Notes: generated by a model not told the origin, from the sequence alone. DNA of 64,000 nt from a candidate division Zixibacteria bacterium RBG_16_53_22 (GCA_001775395.1 MEWP01000160.1:266-64265); one strand, 5' to 3'; shown: positions 29,555 through 40,362, counted from the stretch's first letter. Translations and numbers: made by a program.

Positions 29555-32127
29555 ACCAGATCCATTGGCTCGATCAGCCGCAGGCCCGATTTATGAAACT
29601 GATTTTTCCGATGAATGGTGAGCGTCTTAACCAGTTCCGGCTCTATCCCCAGTCCGAAGATGAGAATCTCGTCAGGCTTGATATGCCCCTCGGGACGTTG
29701 CCAGACATCGATGATGAGTTGTCCGCTCTCTATCAAAACGTCCTGAAGAAATTCGCCGGCATTAAGCCGTTTCTCAACGCCCTCCTTGATTCTAATGACT
29801 TCAAGGCTTTTCCGGTCCGCAATCGCTTTCGCCTGCGCTGGATCATATTCCAGGCCGTCGATATGGGGCACCTCGTACCGAGCCGTATTCAACTGCTTGG
29901 AGAGGGAGCTGGCATTGACATAGAATTGTTTATGACCGGTTATTGACAGGCCCGGCGGGAGTGACGCGATCAGCCTATCGATGAATTCCTCCCGGTATGG
30001 CTGCGACAAAACCAGATCGAGATACTCGGCCTCGGAAGTGTAGCCCAGCGGCAATGGCTGTCCAAACGAGACCTTGATGTGCGGATGATAACCTTCGGAA
30101 TATGACAACGGTAACTCGGCCCTGCGAAATGCCCTATAGATCGCCCTGATGGTATCGAGGTGCGATAGAAATCTCAACTCCGGACCGCGAGAATATTTGA
30201 CCCGGACCTTATAGGCTCCCCCGGGGGTTGTCTGCTTCACAATCCTGCGCGGCTTGCGGCCAAACCCCTCTTCTGCCGTCGGTGGCCGAGGCTTGTCATC
30301 CTTCCGGCGGTCAAAAGCCGTTACAGGCGCAATTCCCTCTTTGGATTTGGCATTATCCCTGCGCAGGAAATCTTTGGAGATGCCCTTTTCGATATGATCC
30401 CACGGAAGCGGTGCATCCTCATCGATAGCCGAGGCATAACGGGTGGGATCGATCCCGGCGTCAGCGAAGGAATCATACCACCTTTGGGGATCGAACCACT
30501 CGGACCAGCCGTCGAGCCTGGCGCCCCTGCGGAAAGCGTTAAGAATAACCCCACCCAGGCGTCTGTCACCTCGGCCGAGGATACCCTCGAAGAACGAGAG
30601 ATCGAAATTGCGGTATTTGACATTGATGTTCTGTTTGCGAATTCCCGAGATAATTTTGTCGACTTTCTTCTGTAACCGTTCCTTGCCGGCCTGTTTTTCC
30701 CACTGCCAGGGCGTGTGGCTCTTGGGATTGAAAGGGGAGAGGGCCACATTGATATTTCGTCCTTTGCCCCGACTCACGATATATGACAAACGTCGTAACA
30801 ATGAAATAAGGCCCTCGATATCATCATCCGTCTCCGAGGGCAGACCGATCATGAAATAAAGCTTGAAGGTCTGCCATCCCGATGACAATGCTCTCTCGAA
30901 GGCCTCGAAAATATCGGCATCGCCGATCTTCTTGCCGAGCACGTTGCGCAGGCGCTCCGTGCCGGCCTCGGGGGCCAGAGTCAGGCCGCTCTTGCGAGCT
31001 GACGACAGAAGATCGAGAATAGAAGAACTTACTGTCTCGGGCCTGATCGATGGCAAGGCCAATCCGACCCTCTGCTCCGATAGTTGAGGGCTTATCATGG
31101 TCAAAAGCTCACCGAGATGGTCGTAATCGGTTGAGGATAGAGACAACAGCGTCACATCTTCATAGCCGGTCGAGGAAAGGCACTTGAAGACCTGCGAGGC
31201 GATCTGCTCGGGCGGCCGCTGCCGTCTGGGCCGATATTGGTATCCAGCCTGGCAAAATCTGCATCCTCTAACACAGCCGCGCATGATTTCGATCGAAAGG
31301 TGATCATGGGTTGTTTCAATGAAAGGCAGAATGGGACGCTCCGGATAATATTCAGGTTTGAGTTCGGGGACGCTTCGGGCCTTAATTTTATCGGGGATCT
31401 GGGAGTGAAGTTTTTCAAGAGAACGAAAGCGCCCTGAATCGTCGTATGCAGCTCGATAGAAGCGTGGCACGTAAATTCCGGGAATCCGGGTCAGTCCAAG
31501 CAAGATCGCCTCACGATCAAGGCCTTGCGCCCGCGATTTTTTTACCGAGTCGATAATCTCATGTATAGCATCCTCGGCATCGCCAATGAAAAATGCGTCG
31601 ATGAAATCTGCCATGGGCTCGGGATTCATGACCGAGGGTCCGCCGGCCATTATAATCGGGTCCCGCTCGCGGCGGTCTTTTGACAGGAGAGGAACGCCGG
31701 CCAAATCAAGCATATTTAACGCCGTTGTATATGTCATCTCATAAGTAAGGTGAAATCCGAAAATATCGAATTCCGCAAGCGGCGTGGCCGATTCGAGCGA
31801 AAAGAGAGGGATATTTTTCCGGCGCATAATTTCTTCCATGTCAGGCCAGATCGACAATGCTCTTTCGGCCAGGGAATCGGGGCGCTTATTTATTATATTG
31901 TACAGTATCTGCATGCCCATGTATGACATGCCAATCTCATACATTTCGGGGAAACAAAGGGCGATCCTCAATCTGCCCGGCTCATGTGGTTTATGAACGG
32001 AGTTGAGCTCATTGCCAACATATCTGCCGGGCTTGATAATAAACGGCAATATTTCTTTATCGAGCTTTTGCGAAAGCGCATGTCTGAAATGCGAATTCAA
32101 GAATTCCTCACGAATTAAATAACTCAA
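29551..32127 (-). CDS. TIGR03960-type radical SAM protein fused to a TIGR03936/DUF2344-type domain
   Basis: KPGRYVGNE, YEIGMS, RGCVRGCRFC, ARLDGW; C-terminal FLSHLD...YSEGYHPH..SFG. Confidence 0.9.
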   Translation of the reverse strand: MSYLIREEFLNSHFRHALSQKLDKEILPFIIKPGRYVGNELNSVHKPHEPGRLRIALCFPEMYEIGMSYMGMQILYNIINKRPDSLAERALSIWPDMEEIMRRKNIPLFSLESATPLAEFDIFGFHLTYEMTYTTALNMLDLAGVPLLSKDRRERDPIIMAGGPSVMNPEPMADFIDAFFIGDAEDAIHEIIDSVKKSRAQGLDREAILLGLTRIPGIYVPRFYRAAYDDSGRFRSLEKLHSQIPDKIKARSVPELKPEYYPERPILPFIETTHDHLSIEIMRGCVRGCRFCQAGYQYRPRRQRPPEQIASQVFKCLSSTGYEDVTLLSLSSTDYDHLGELLTMISPQLSEQRVGLALPSIRPETVSSSILDLLSSARKSGLTLAPEAGTERLRNVLGKKIGDADIFEAFERALSSGWQTFKLYFMIGLPSETDDDIEGLISLLRRLSYIVSRGKGRNINVALSPFNPKSHTPWQWEKQAGKERLQKKVDKIISGIRKQNINVKYRNFDLSFFEGILGRGDRRLGGVILNAFRRGARLDGWSEWFDPQRWYDSFADAGIDPTRYASAIDEDAPLPWDHIEKGISKDFLRRDNAKSKEGIAPVTAFDRRKDDKPRPPTAEEGFGRKPRRIVKQTTPGGAYKVRVKYSRGPELRFLSHLDTIRAIYRAFRRAELPLSYSEGYHPHIKVSFGQPLPLGYTSEAEYLDLVLSQPYREEFIDRLIASLPPGLSITGHKQFYVNASSLSKQLNTARYEVPHIDGLEYDPAQAKAIADRKSLEVIRIKEGVEKRLNAGEFLQDVLIESGQLIIDVWQRPEGHIKPDEILIFGLGIEPELVKTLTIHRKNQFHKSGLRLIEPMDLV

Positions 32128-32494
32128 CGTCCTGCCAGGTAAGTCGTATACGGCCTGACAGCCTCAAATACTCCCCGATGCTTTTCGAATCAGCACGGCA
32201 ATATAAAGTCATGAATGCATTTAATCAACATCGATGGCGCCCCGCTAATGCAGGCGCAACGATTTGATGCGGCCTCTCGCGGGGAAAGCAATTAACAACG
32301 AATATCATTGTCGGCTGTTATGGAATGCAGGCTGGCGCGGCTCAAGTCATGGATTGCAGACCTGGGAAAAGATGCATTTGCCGCCATTTGTTCACAACTT
32401 TCGATTGGTTCTTGGGTTCCAACGCCCCAGCCAGTTGATCCAGCGGCAATTCCCGACTGATTATACTCTTTTTAGCCATTAGTTGTTAGATTGA

Positions 32495-32523
32495 TTGACA
32501 ATAGGACTTTATTGGGATATATT
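32495..32523 (+). promoter_or_regulatory. sigma70 promoter for lemA (possibly lemA-rnpB-recJ)
   Basis: TTGACA-17 nt-TATATT. Confidence 0.6.
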
Positions 32524-32596
32524 TGCAGTTCGGTTGGATTAATCGTGAATTTCAGCCGTAAGGTCTGGACGAGAAGAAATTGAAAGGAATCTGAAA

Positions 32597-33178
32597 ATGG
32601 CGCTTTCCAGGGGAGCGATAATCGGACTTGGGCTTGTGATCGTGGTTGTATTTCTGCTGATCGTGGTCGGCATCGGTATCATTGCGCCCTACAACAGGTT
32701 AACCAGGTTGGATGTGGGGGTTGACAAGTCCTGGGCGGAGGTCAACAATCAGCTTCAAAGGCGAAACGACATGATCCCCAACCTGGTAGAGACGGTCAAG
32801 GGGTACGCGGCCCATGAGAGAGAGCTATTTGAGCATATCGCCGACGCCCGCGCCAAATTGGCCGGCGCTACCAGTATACCCGACAAAATAAATGCCTCAA
32901 ATGAAATGAGCGGACTTCTTTCGCGCCTCTTAGTGATTGTGGAAAACTATCCACAACTCAAGGCCAACGAGAATTTCATGAGACTGCAGGATGAATTGGC
33001 CGGTACCGAAAATCGGCTGGCCGTGGCCAGGAACAGATATAATGAGGCGGTCGGAATTTACAACACACAAATCAGGGTATTCCCCACCAATCTATTCGCC
33101 GGGATTTTCGGATTCGGTCAGAGGGGATTTTTCGAGGTTCCTGAGGCAGCCAAACAAGTGCCCGTGGTGAAGTTTTAG
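32597..33178 (+). CDS. lemA: LemA-family protein
   Basis: QRRNDMIPNLV, ENYPQLKAN, TENRLAVAR, FPTN. Confidence 0.95.
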   Translation: MALSRGAIIGLGLVIVVVFLLIVVGIGIIAPYNRLTRLDVGVDKSWAEVNNQLQRRNDMIPNLVETVKGYAAHERELFEHIADARAKLAGATSIPDKINASNEMSGLLSRLLVIVENYPQLKANENFMRLQDELAGTENRLAVARNRYNEAVGIYNTQIRVFPTNLFAGIFGFGQRGFFEVPEAAKQVPVVKF

Positions 33179-33220
33179 GCGGGCCGGAGCTCAGGGCCAG
33201 GAACATTGATAACAAAATCA

Positions 33221-33563
33221 GGCAGGTTGGACGGTCGCCCCGAAATCAAATTAGGGGAGGAAAGTCCGAGCTTTCAAGGGCCGGGATGCCTCGTAACGCG
33301 AGGGGTCCACATGGACACGGAAAGCGCCACAGAAAACATACCGCCCAATTGGGTAAGGGTGAAATGGCGGTGTAAGAGACCACCGGGGCCGCCGCAAGGC
33401 GACTCGCATGGCAAGCCCCATCCGAAAGCAAGGCCAAGTAAGGGGAGAGAGGTGGCCCGCCTCATTCGATCCCCGGGTAGGCCGCAAGATCACGATGGTG
33501 ACATCGTGACCAGATAGATGACCGTCACCCGCAAGGGGACAGAACTCGGCTTACAGACCTGCC
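33221..33563 (+). ncRNA. rnpB: RNase P RNA (bacterial type A)
   Basis: GAGGAAAGTCC (P4 5'), GAAAGCGCCACAGAAA, GGTAAGGGTGAAA, ACAGAACTCGGCTTA (P4 3'); P1 GGCAGGT/ACCTGCC. Confidence 0.97.
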
Positions 33564-33597
33564 CAAATTTCGAGAATTGATTTGGAGTGATACATTA

Positions 33598-35319
33598 ATG
33601 GAGCTCAAATGGGTCGTTCAACCAGACCCCGATAGTAATATCGTCAGCAGATTTACAGGCGATTTAGGCATATCCGAAATCGCCTGCAGGATATTGGCGG
33701 CTCGCGGCATCACCGAGAGCGACCCGGCCCGCAAATTCCTCAATCCCAGCTTATCCGACCTTTTCGATCCCTTCTTACTCTCCAGGATGGATGAGGCTGT
33801 CGATCGCGTAATCCAGGCGCTCAAGGCCAACGAGAAGATGATGATATATGGCGATTATGATGTCGATGGCATCACCGGCACGGCTTTGATGTTCCTGGTT
33901 CTTAACAGGCTGGGCGCGAATGTATCGTACTATCTTCCCAACCGTCTCGTGGAGGGTTATGGAATCTCAGAGGATGGCCTCCAGGAGGCTGAAAAAAGGA
34001 AAATTAATCTCCTGGTCTCGGTTGATTGCGGCATCACCGCTGTGGATGAGGTCGAAACGGCTCGCAGGATGGGAATCGACTGCATAATTACAGATCATCA
34101 CGAGCCGGGCGATCGGCTGCCGGTGGCCAACGCCATCGTGAATGCCAAGCTCGACGGGCCGCTCAATCCGGGATTCGAACTCTCTGCTGTCGGTGTGGCT
34201 TATAAATTCGCCCAGGCCCTATACCGCAAACTGGGTCAAGACGAGACTGAATTGGAGCAGCATCTTGACCTGGTAGCCCTGGGGACAGCGGCCGATATCG
34301 TGCCGATGGTTGGCGAAAATCGAATCCTCACGAAATTCGGGCTTCAACAGATAGCGCGCACCACCAAGCCGGGCCTGAAAGCCCTGATATTCATAGCCGG
34401 TCTTATGGGGCATAAGATCGGCACCGGGCAGGTGGTATTCATACTGGCCCCGAGGATCAACGCCATCGGCCGTTTGGGTGATGCCCAACAGGCAATCAAG
34501 TTGTTGACCACCAAGGACGAGGTAATGGCGCATTCGATCGCCCGTATCCTCAACGCCGAGAACAAACGTCGCAAGGATATCGACGAGCAGACGATGATGG
34601 AGGCATTGGAACAGATCGAGCACGATGTCGATATGAGCCGCGACCGGGCCATAGTGTTGGCCTCGCAGGGATGGCACCAGGGAGTGATCGGAATCGTGGC
34701 CTCGAGGCTGGTGGAACGCTTCCACAGGCCGACTGTGATGATCGCCATCGATGGCGCCGAGGGAAAGGGATCAGCCAGGTCCATTCCCGGTTTCCATCTT
34801 TACGAGGCCCTCAAAGAGTGTGAATCCGAGCTCATTCGCTATGGGGGGCACAAATATGCCGCCGGCCTATCGATTCTGCCGGAGAAAATCGAGTCATTTC
34901 GACGTCAGCTTAATATGGTGTCATCGCGCATGCTATCCGATGAGGACCTTATTCCCAAGCTCGAGATAGACTCCGAGCTGGATCTCGAAAAGGTAGATGA
35001 TGATCTGGTGTTGCTGCTGGAGAAATTTTCCCCCTTCGGCCCTCAGAACATGAGGCCGGTTTTCGTTAGTTATGGCGTTGAAGTTGTAGGGACTCCACAT
35101 GTGGTCGGAAACAACCACCTTCGGTTCCGGGTCCGCAAGGGAAACAAGGTTTTGGATTGTATCGGATTCAGCCTCGGTGAATACCTGAAAAACCTGACAT
35201 TCCGACCGAGCAATTTGGATATAGCCTACGTTCTGGAACATAATTACTGGAACGGGTCGAACAGAATACAGCTTCGATTAAAAGCTGTCAAGGTAGCCGG
35301 CGAAAATGCCGCTGCCTGA
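33598..35319 (+). CDS. recJ: ssDNA-specific exonuclease RecJ
   Basis: YGDYDVDG, DCG, TDHH, GSARS, GGHKYAAG, PFGPQN. Confidence 0.97.
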   Translation: MELKWVVQPDPDSNIVSRFTGDLGISEIACRILAARGITESDPARKFLNPSLSDLFDPFLLSRMDEAVDRVIQALKANEKMMIYGDYDVDGITGTALMFLVLNRLGANVSYYLPNRLVEGYGISEDGLQEAEKRKINLLVSVDCGITAVDEVETARRMGIDCIITDHHEPGDRLPVANAIVNAKLDGPLNPGFELSAVGVAYKFAQALYRKLGQDETELEQHLDLVALGTAADIVPMVGENRILTKFGLQQIARTTKPGLKALIFIAGLMGHKIGTGQVVFILAPRINAIGRLGDAQQAIKLLTTKDEVMAHSIARILNAENKRRKDIDEQTMMEALEQIEHDVDMSRDRAIVLASQGWHQGVIGIVASRLVERFHRPTVMIAIDGAEGKGSARSIPGFHLYEALKECESELIRYGGHKYAAGLSILPEKIESFRRQLNMVSSRMLSDEDLIPKLEIDSELDLEKVDDDLVLLLEKFSPFGPQNMRPVFVSYGVEVVGTPHVVGNNHLRFRVRKGNKVLDCIGFSLGEYLKNLTFRPSNLDIAYVLEHNYWNGSNRIQLRLKAVKVAGENAAA

Positions 35320-35354
35320 ATTAGCTGTCATGACCTGAAAATCGATTCAATTTA

Positions 35355-36905
35355 CTATAGCGGTATATTGCCATGTTTTCTGGGCGGATTCTGGTCGCGC
35401 TTGGAATCGAGCATCCGAAGGGCCCGGATCAGGCGGGAGCGAGTTTGCGACGGCTCGATGATATCATCGATATAGCCCCGCTCGGCGGCGATAAACGGGG
35501 AGGCAAACATCTGACGATATTCCTCTTCTTTTTGCTTAAGAGCGGCCTCGGGATTTGATGAAGCGGAAATCTCTTTCTTGAAAATAATCTCGGCGGCGCC
35601 CTTGGGGCCCATGACTGCAATCTCGGCTGTCGGCCAGGCGTAGTTGATATCGCCCCGAATATGCTTGGAGGACATGACATCATAAGCGCCGCCATAGGCC
35701 TTACGCGTGATGACTGTGAGTTTGGGAACCGTGGCCTCGCAGTAGGCATAGAGGAGCTTGGCGCCGTGTTTGATTATGCCGCCATGCTCCTGGGCCGTGC
35801 CGGGCAGGAATCCAGGGACATCCTCAAACGTGACCAGCGGGATGTTGAAGGAGTCGCAGAAACGCACGAATCGGGCGCCCTTGATAGCGCTATCGATATC
35901 GAGCACCCCGGCCAGATGCGCAGGCTGATTGGCGATGACGCCGATCGGCTTACCCCCGAGGCGAGCGAATCCCACAACGATATTGGGCGCGTAATCGGGA
36001 TGGATCTCGAAGAAATCGCCATCGTCAACGACACGGGTTATGATGTCCTTGATATCATATGGCTTATTGGGATTATCCGGAACCAGGGTGTTCAAGGACT
36101 CGTCAATTCTATCAATGGGGTCCGATGGCTCAATGTCGGGGGGATCTTCCATATTGTTAGACGGCAGGAAGCTCATCAATTTCCTGGTCTTGGTCAAAGC
36201 ATCAGCCTCATTTTCGCACGCCACGTGGCAAACGCCTGACCTGCTGGCGTGGATATCGGCGCCGCCCAGCTCCTCGAAAGTGACCTCCTCATGAGTGACA
36301 GTCTTGACGACATTTGGCCCGGTCACGAACATGAACGACGTGCCTTTCACCATAAAAGTGAAATCGGTGATGGCCGGCGAATAAACCGCCCCGCCCGCGC
36401 ATGGTCCCATGATAACCGATATTTGAGGGATAACGCCTGATGCCAGAGTATTGCGCAGGAAAATATTCGCATATCCGCCAAGTGAGACAACACCCTCTTG
36501 TATGCGGGCGCCACCCGAGTCGTTCAGCCCGATGACAGGCGCGCCAACCTTCATGGCCATGTCCATTATCTTACAGACCTTCTCGGCGAAAGCCTCGGAC
36601 AAAGTTCCCCCGAAAATTGTAAAATCCTGAGAAAAAACGAAAACCAAACGGCCATCGATGGTCCCATATCCGGTGATAACGCCATCGCTAAAATACTTCT
36701 CTTTCTCCAGGCCGAACTCCTTGGTGCGGTGCGTGACAAACAAGTCAAATTCCTCGAAGGAGTTATCATCCAGTAGAATATCGATGCGTTCGCGGGCAGT
36801 AAGCTTGCCCTTCTTATGCTGAGTCTCAATCCTCTTTGCGCCGCCACCCAGAAGGGCTTTCTGGCGCATTTCCTTGAGCCGCCTTAATCTCTCCTCAAGT
36901 TCCAA
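35355..36905 (-). CDS. Acyl-CoA carboxylase carboxyltransferase (PccB/MmdA-like)
   Basis: [50 protein letters not shown]; likely TTG start 36905. Confidence 0.93.
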   Translation of the reverse strand: MELEERLRRLKEMRQKALLGGGAKRIETQHKKGKLTARERIDILLDDNSFEEFDLFVTHRTKEFGLEKEKYFSDGVITGYGTIDGRLVFVFSQDFTIFGGTLSEAFAEKVCKIMDMAMKVGAPVIGLNDSGGARIQEGVVSLGGYANIFLRNTLASGVIPQISVIMGPCAGGAVYSPAITDFTFMVKGTSFMFVTGPNVVKTVTHEEVTFEELGGADIHASRSGVCHVACENEADALTKTRKLMSFLPSNNMEDPPDIEPSDPIDRIDESLNTLVPDNPNKPYDIKDIITRVVDDGDFFEIHPDYAPNIVVGFARLGGKPIGVIANQPAHLAGVLDIDSAIKGARFVRFCDSFNIPLVTFEDVPGFLPGTAQEHGGIIKHGAKLLYAYCEATVPKLTVITRKAYGGAYDVMSSKHIRGDINYAWPTAEIAVMGPKGAAEIIFKKEISASSNPEAALKQKEEEYRQMFASPFIAAERGYIDDIIEPSQTRSRLIRALRMLDSKRDQNPPRKHGNIPL

Positions 36906-36956
36906 ATTCAACCTCGCGTAACAAAGTTTGAGATGCATCGCATGATAACAGCGCCG

Positions 36957-37109
36957 CGGGGGTTCCGCCCCCTCGCCAAAGGCGAGGGGAAAGAAACCCC
37001 GAGGCGAATTTTTAGTGCAAGCGTTGGTTTCATGACTGACGCAATCCCGGGAATCATTCTTGGCAATGGGGTTTCTTGTCCCGACCGAGGGTCGGGAGCG
37101 GAACCCCCG
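36957..37109. repeat. Structured intergenic element, copy 2 (four-way junction / REP-doublet-like; possible ncRNA)
   Basis: 12-bp terminal inverted repeat, 9-bp and 8-bp hairpins with 3-nt loops, 10-bp inner stem. Confidence 0.75.
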
Positions 37110-37127
37110 ACGGGTCCGAATGCCGTT

Positions 37128-37967
37128 CTATTCGACCTTGACTGGCTCGACCTTGCCCTTCTCGCCCTCCCTGAATCTGGCGAATTTATAGTTTATGTCG
37201 TGGTCGAATGCCAGTATCCAACCATCTTTAAGCATCTGTTCATGAAGCCAGCGTTTGCGTTTCATGGTAGTAAGCGGGTCAAGGTCAACCGCGGCGACAT
37301 AAGGGATTTTGATATGCGCCGATGATGGCATGATATCGGCGGGGTAAATTACGCGTTGGCCGCCGCCATCGACAATGACGGCTTGAGAGTATGGCGTGTG
37401 ACCTCCCATGACCTTGACAGAGACTCCGGAAAATAGCGGACCATCGCCCTCGAGAAGCTCCATCTTTCCGGAATCATCCAGCACTCTCAAGTTATCGACC
37501 AGGTAGGTCGCGGCGGTGCGCTCATTGGGATTCATGGCATCATTCCATTCGCCCTGTTGGACATAGATTTTGGCGTTCGGGAAACGGAGCCCGGGTCGGC
37601 CATCGGGATTTGCTTTCAGCGCCCCCGATGCGTGATCGGCATGGGCGTGAGTTAGAACGACAGCGGTGATATCCTCCGGCTTGAAATTAAGGCGCGCAAG
37701 CTCCTGATCCCATCGTGTTTCGCCGGCCAGGGCATTGATTTTGCGCTGGCGCTCGTTGAGGATATCGCCGAAACCGGTATCGACAACGATGATATCTTGG
37801 CCGGTCTTAATGAGAAGCGGGTTGAGGTCGAGGCGGATGAGGTTATTATCATCCGATGGGTATAGCTTGCTCCATATGACTTTGGGAATGACACCAAACA
37901 TGGCGCCGCCATCCAGATGGAAGTAGTTTTCCAGGATTGAGTGAAGTTCGATATCGCCTAATCTCAT
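37128..37967 (-). CDS. MBL-fold metallo-hydrolase (YtnP-like)
   Basis: LDGGAMFGVIP, VDTG, THAHADHASG, GHT, FDHD. Confidence 0.9.
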   Translation of the reverse strand: MRLGDIELHSILENYFHLDGGAMFGVIPKVIWSKLYPSDDNNLIRLDLNPLLIKTGQDIIVVDTGFGDILNERQRKINALAGETRWDQELARLNFKPEDITAVVLTHAHADHASGALKANPDGRPGLRFPNAKIYVQQGEWNDAMNPNERTAATYLVDNLRVLDDSGKMELLEGDGPLFSGVSVKVMGGHTPYSQAVIVDGGGQRVIYPADIMPSSAHIKIPYVAAVDLDPLTTMKRKRWLHEQMLKDGWILAFDHDINYKFARFREGEKGKVEPVKVE

Positions 37968-37993
37968 GTTTCTCCGAATTCCGGATATAAAAT

Positions 37994-38018
37994 AAAAAGG
38001 GGCTCGCCAAGGAGCCCC
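37994..38018 (-). terminator. Intrinsic terminator after the acyl-CoA dehydrogenase gene
   Basis: GGGGCTC/GAGCCCC hairpin with a T run on the minus strand. Confidence 0.65.
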
Positions 38019-38027
38019 GGAACCCGA

Positions 38028-39206
38028 TTATCTCAAGTAACTGCTCGAGATGACAAGCCTCTGTATTTCAGAGGTCCCCTCGTATATCTCCATGATTCGC
38101 TGGTCGCGGTAAAGCTTTTCGATCGGGGAGAACTCACCGATATAGCCGTAGCCGCCGTGAATCTGCATGGCCCTGTCGACACAGAATTTGGCTGCCTCGG
38201 AGGCGAACAGCTTGGCCTGCGAGGCCTCGATTGTGAATTTCTCGCCTTTGTCTTGAAGTTGAGCGGCTTTGTACGTCAACATGCGAGCGGCCTCGACTTG
38301 TGTAGCCATGTCGGCAATCATCCATTGGATCGCCTGAAGCTTGGCGATCGGAGCGCCGAAACAGACTCGTTTCTTCGCATAATCGATCGACTCTTGAAGA
38401 GCCCGTTGGGCGATTCCAAGCCCTTGAGCGGCCACGCCGATCCTGGCGCCGTCGAGAGTGTTCATGGCAATCTTGAACCCTTTTCCGACCTCGCCAAGGA
38501 GGTTTTCTTTTGGCACGCGGACATTCTCCAGCCAGATGCGGCCGGTGGTGGCGGCTCTCATGCCCATCTTCTTCTTGAGGGTGGCGACTTTGATACCGGG
38601 AATGAGCTTCCCATCCTTCCTGGCCTCGACTATGATCGCCGAGATTTTTCGCGAGGCCTTGTCGTCGTCGCCGCCATCGGCCATCTTCACGAAAAGGACG
38701 AATAGGTCGGCCACGTCGCCATGCATAATAAAAATTTTCTCGCCATTGATAATGTAATGATCGCCATCGGGGACCGCGACCGTTTTCTGGTTGACCGCAT
38801 CTGATCCCGCGCCTGGCTCGGTGAGCACGAATGCCGGAATCGATTCGCCGGATGCGCACTTGGGCACATATTTTTTCTTTTGTGCATCCGTGCCGAACGT
38901 GTAGATGGGATATGTCGCCAGCTCGGTGACCGCGTCAAGAAGGCAGGCAACCGCGTCATAATAACACAGCTCTTCGATTAGGGTCGTGTATTCAACAGAT
39001 GAAACATTGCAGCCGCCGTATTCCTTGGGCATCCTTTGAGCCACGAAACCCTCTTTGGCCAGGGCCTTAAACAAGTCCCAGGCGAAACGATCGGGATCGT
39101 CGCGGTGATCGAGTTCCTTGGAGAACGGAATAATGTGCTTCTGGGCAAAAGCGGCCACTCGATCACGGATCGCCTGTTGCCTGTCATCGACGTTGTAACG
39201 AAACAT
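38028..39206 (-). CDS. Acyl-CoA dehydrogenase (short/branched chain)
   Basis: LTEPGAGSD, NGEKIFI, KMGMRA, QIHGGYGY, EIYEGTSEIQ. Confidence 0.95.
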   Translation of the reverse strand: MFRYNVDDRQQAIRDRVAAFAQKHIIPFSKELDHRDDPDRFAWDLFKALAKEGFVAQRMPKEYGGCNVSSVEYTTLIEELCYYDAVACLLDAVTELATYPIYTFGTDAQKKKYVPKCASGESIPAFVLTEPGAGSDAVNQKTVAVPDGDHYIINGEKIFIMHGDVADLFVLFVKMADGGDDDKASRKISAIIVEARKDGKLIPGIKVATLKKKMGMRAATTGRIWLENVRVPKENLLGEVGKGFKIAMNTLDGARIGVAAQGLGIAQRALQESIDYAKKRVCFGAPIAKLQAIQWMIADMATQVEAARMLTYKAAQLQDKGEKFTIEASQAKLFASEAAKFCVDRAMQIHGGYGYIGEFSPIEKLYRDQRIMEIYEGTSEIQRLVISSSYLR

Positions 39207-39246
39207 AATCCCTCGCTTATCTCTTTAATTAGTTTAAATAATCTTG

Positions 39247-39666
39247 CTATATTATCTTTTCATCTTTTATAATTTTGGGCAGCACCCGGTTGAGATAATC
39301 CACGATATCCTGGGTCGAAGCCCCCGGGGTGAATATCTCGCTGACCCCCGTATCTTTTAACATTTGAATCTCGCTGTCGGCAATGATGCCGCCTCCGAAA
39401 AGCAGGATATGGTCAGCTCCGTTCCTCCTCAGCCCCTCCAGCACCATTGGAAATAATGTCATATGTGCCCCGGAAAGGATTGAGAGGCCGACCGCGTCGA
39501 CATCCTCCTGGATGGCGGCTGCCACAACCTGTTCCGAGGTCTGGCGAAGGCCGGTGTAGATGACCTCGAAACCGGCATCCCTCAATGCGGCGGCTATCAC
39601 CTTGATGCCCCGGTCGTGGCCGTCGAGACCGGGCTTGGCCAGCAAAATTCTGAATTTCCGCTCCAT
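39247..39666 (-). CDS. Cobalamin-binding small subunit of an acyl-CoA mutase (IcmB-like)
   Basis: [10 protein letters not shown] (DxHxxG), SILSGAH, GGGII. Confidence 0.93.
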   Translation of the reverse strand: MERKFRILLAKPGLDGHDRGIKVIAAALRDAGFEVIYTGLRQTSEQVVAAAIQEDVDAVGLSILSGAHMTLFPMVLEGLRRNGADHILLFGGGIIADSEIQMLKDTGVSEIFTPGASTQDIVDYLNRVLPKIIKDEKII

Positions 39667-39819
39667 AAAAACCTCGCCTTGCGGGATTTAACTCAAATTG
39701 GAATTCTCTCAAAGCAACAATATAACATCCCCGTTGGAATTTGGCAACAGTCGCTTATGACCATTTCTAAAGGAATCCATAATTTCTGATAAGATTATTA
39801 TTCCCACGTCCGGGCAGGC

Positions 39820-40251
39820 TTACTCGGGGCTAACCCCATAGTCGCCGCCATCCTTGACATGAATCATCTGGGAGCCGTTTACAATCAGGTCGACAGTGTT
39901 TTGAAATAGCGGATGGCTGGGGTCTTCCGGATCGGGCGCGGCGGCTCTGAAATGGACTTGCACTCTATCGCCGCCGGCGAATATCTGGCTATCGTTGTTG
40001 TCAAGGGCGTTGCGGAGATAAACGCTGTAACCGGGGAACAGTGTCGATCCCAAATGAACGGTTATCTCCAGATCGCCACGGCTATGAATGTACTGAGTCA
40101 GCACTATCGGCACATTGCTGCCGTTGGAAATGGCTACCCTGCCGCTCAGACGCTGATAAGGCCGGGATGGCGAGGATTTATCATTGTCGGAACATGCCCC
40201 CAGGCCGGCCAGAAAAAGGCAGGCAAGCATTATCGAAAATCTCGTTTTCAT
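39820..40251 (-). CDS. Hypothetical lipoprotein
   Basis: Signal peptide with lipobox LGAC; lies between the mutase subunit genes. Confidence 0.65.
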   Translation of the reverse strand: MKTRFSIMLACLFLAGLGACSDNDKSSPSRPYQRLSGRVAISNGSNVPIVLTQYIHSRGDLEITVHLGSTLFPGYSVYLRNALDNNDSQIFAGGDRVQVHFRAAAPDPEDPSHPLFQNTVDLIVNGSQMIHVKDGGDYGVSPE

Positions 40252-40362
40252 CTATATTATTTTAAGATAATTCCCCAAAAATGTCAAGTATCAACCCTGA
40301 ATTCTATTCCAATAAATCCTGCCTGCTCCGTTCCGGAATGCCCCATAACAGTCAGGTGTTTC

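Noticed and set aside
33206..33517. ORFs on both strands downstream of lemA
   Set aside because: Shadows of the RNase P RNA gene.
36957..37109. Cobalamin riboswitch interpretation, given the nearby B12 mutase
   Set aside because: No B12 box or conserved GGGAA/CCCGCAACTGT core recognised on either strand; none seen upstream of meaB either.
37999..38026. Hairpin followed by GGAACCC as a possible third copy of the element
   Set aside because: Lacks GGTTCCGC and a partner half; adequately explained as a terminator.
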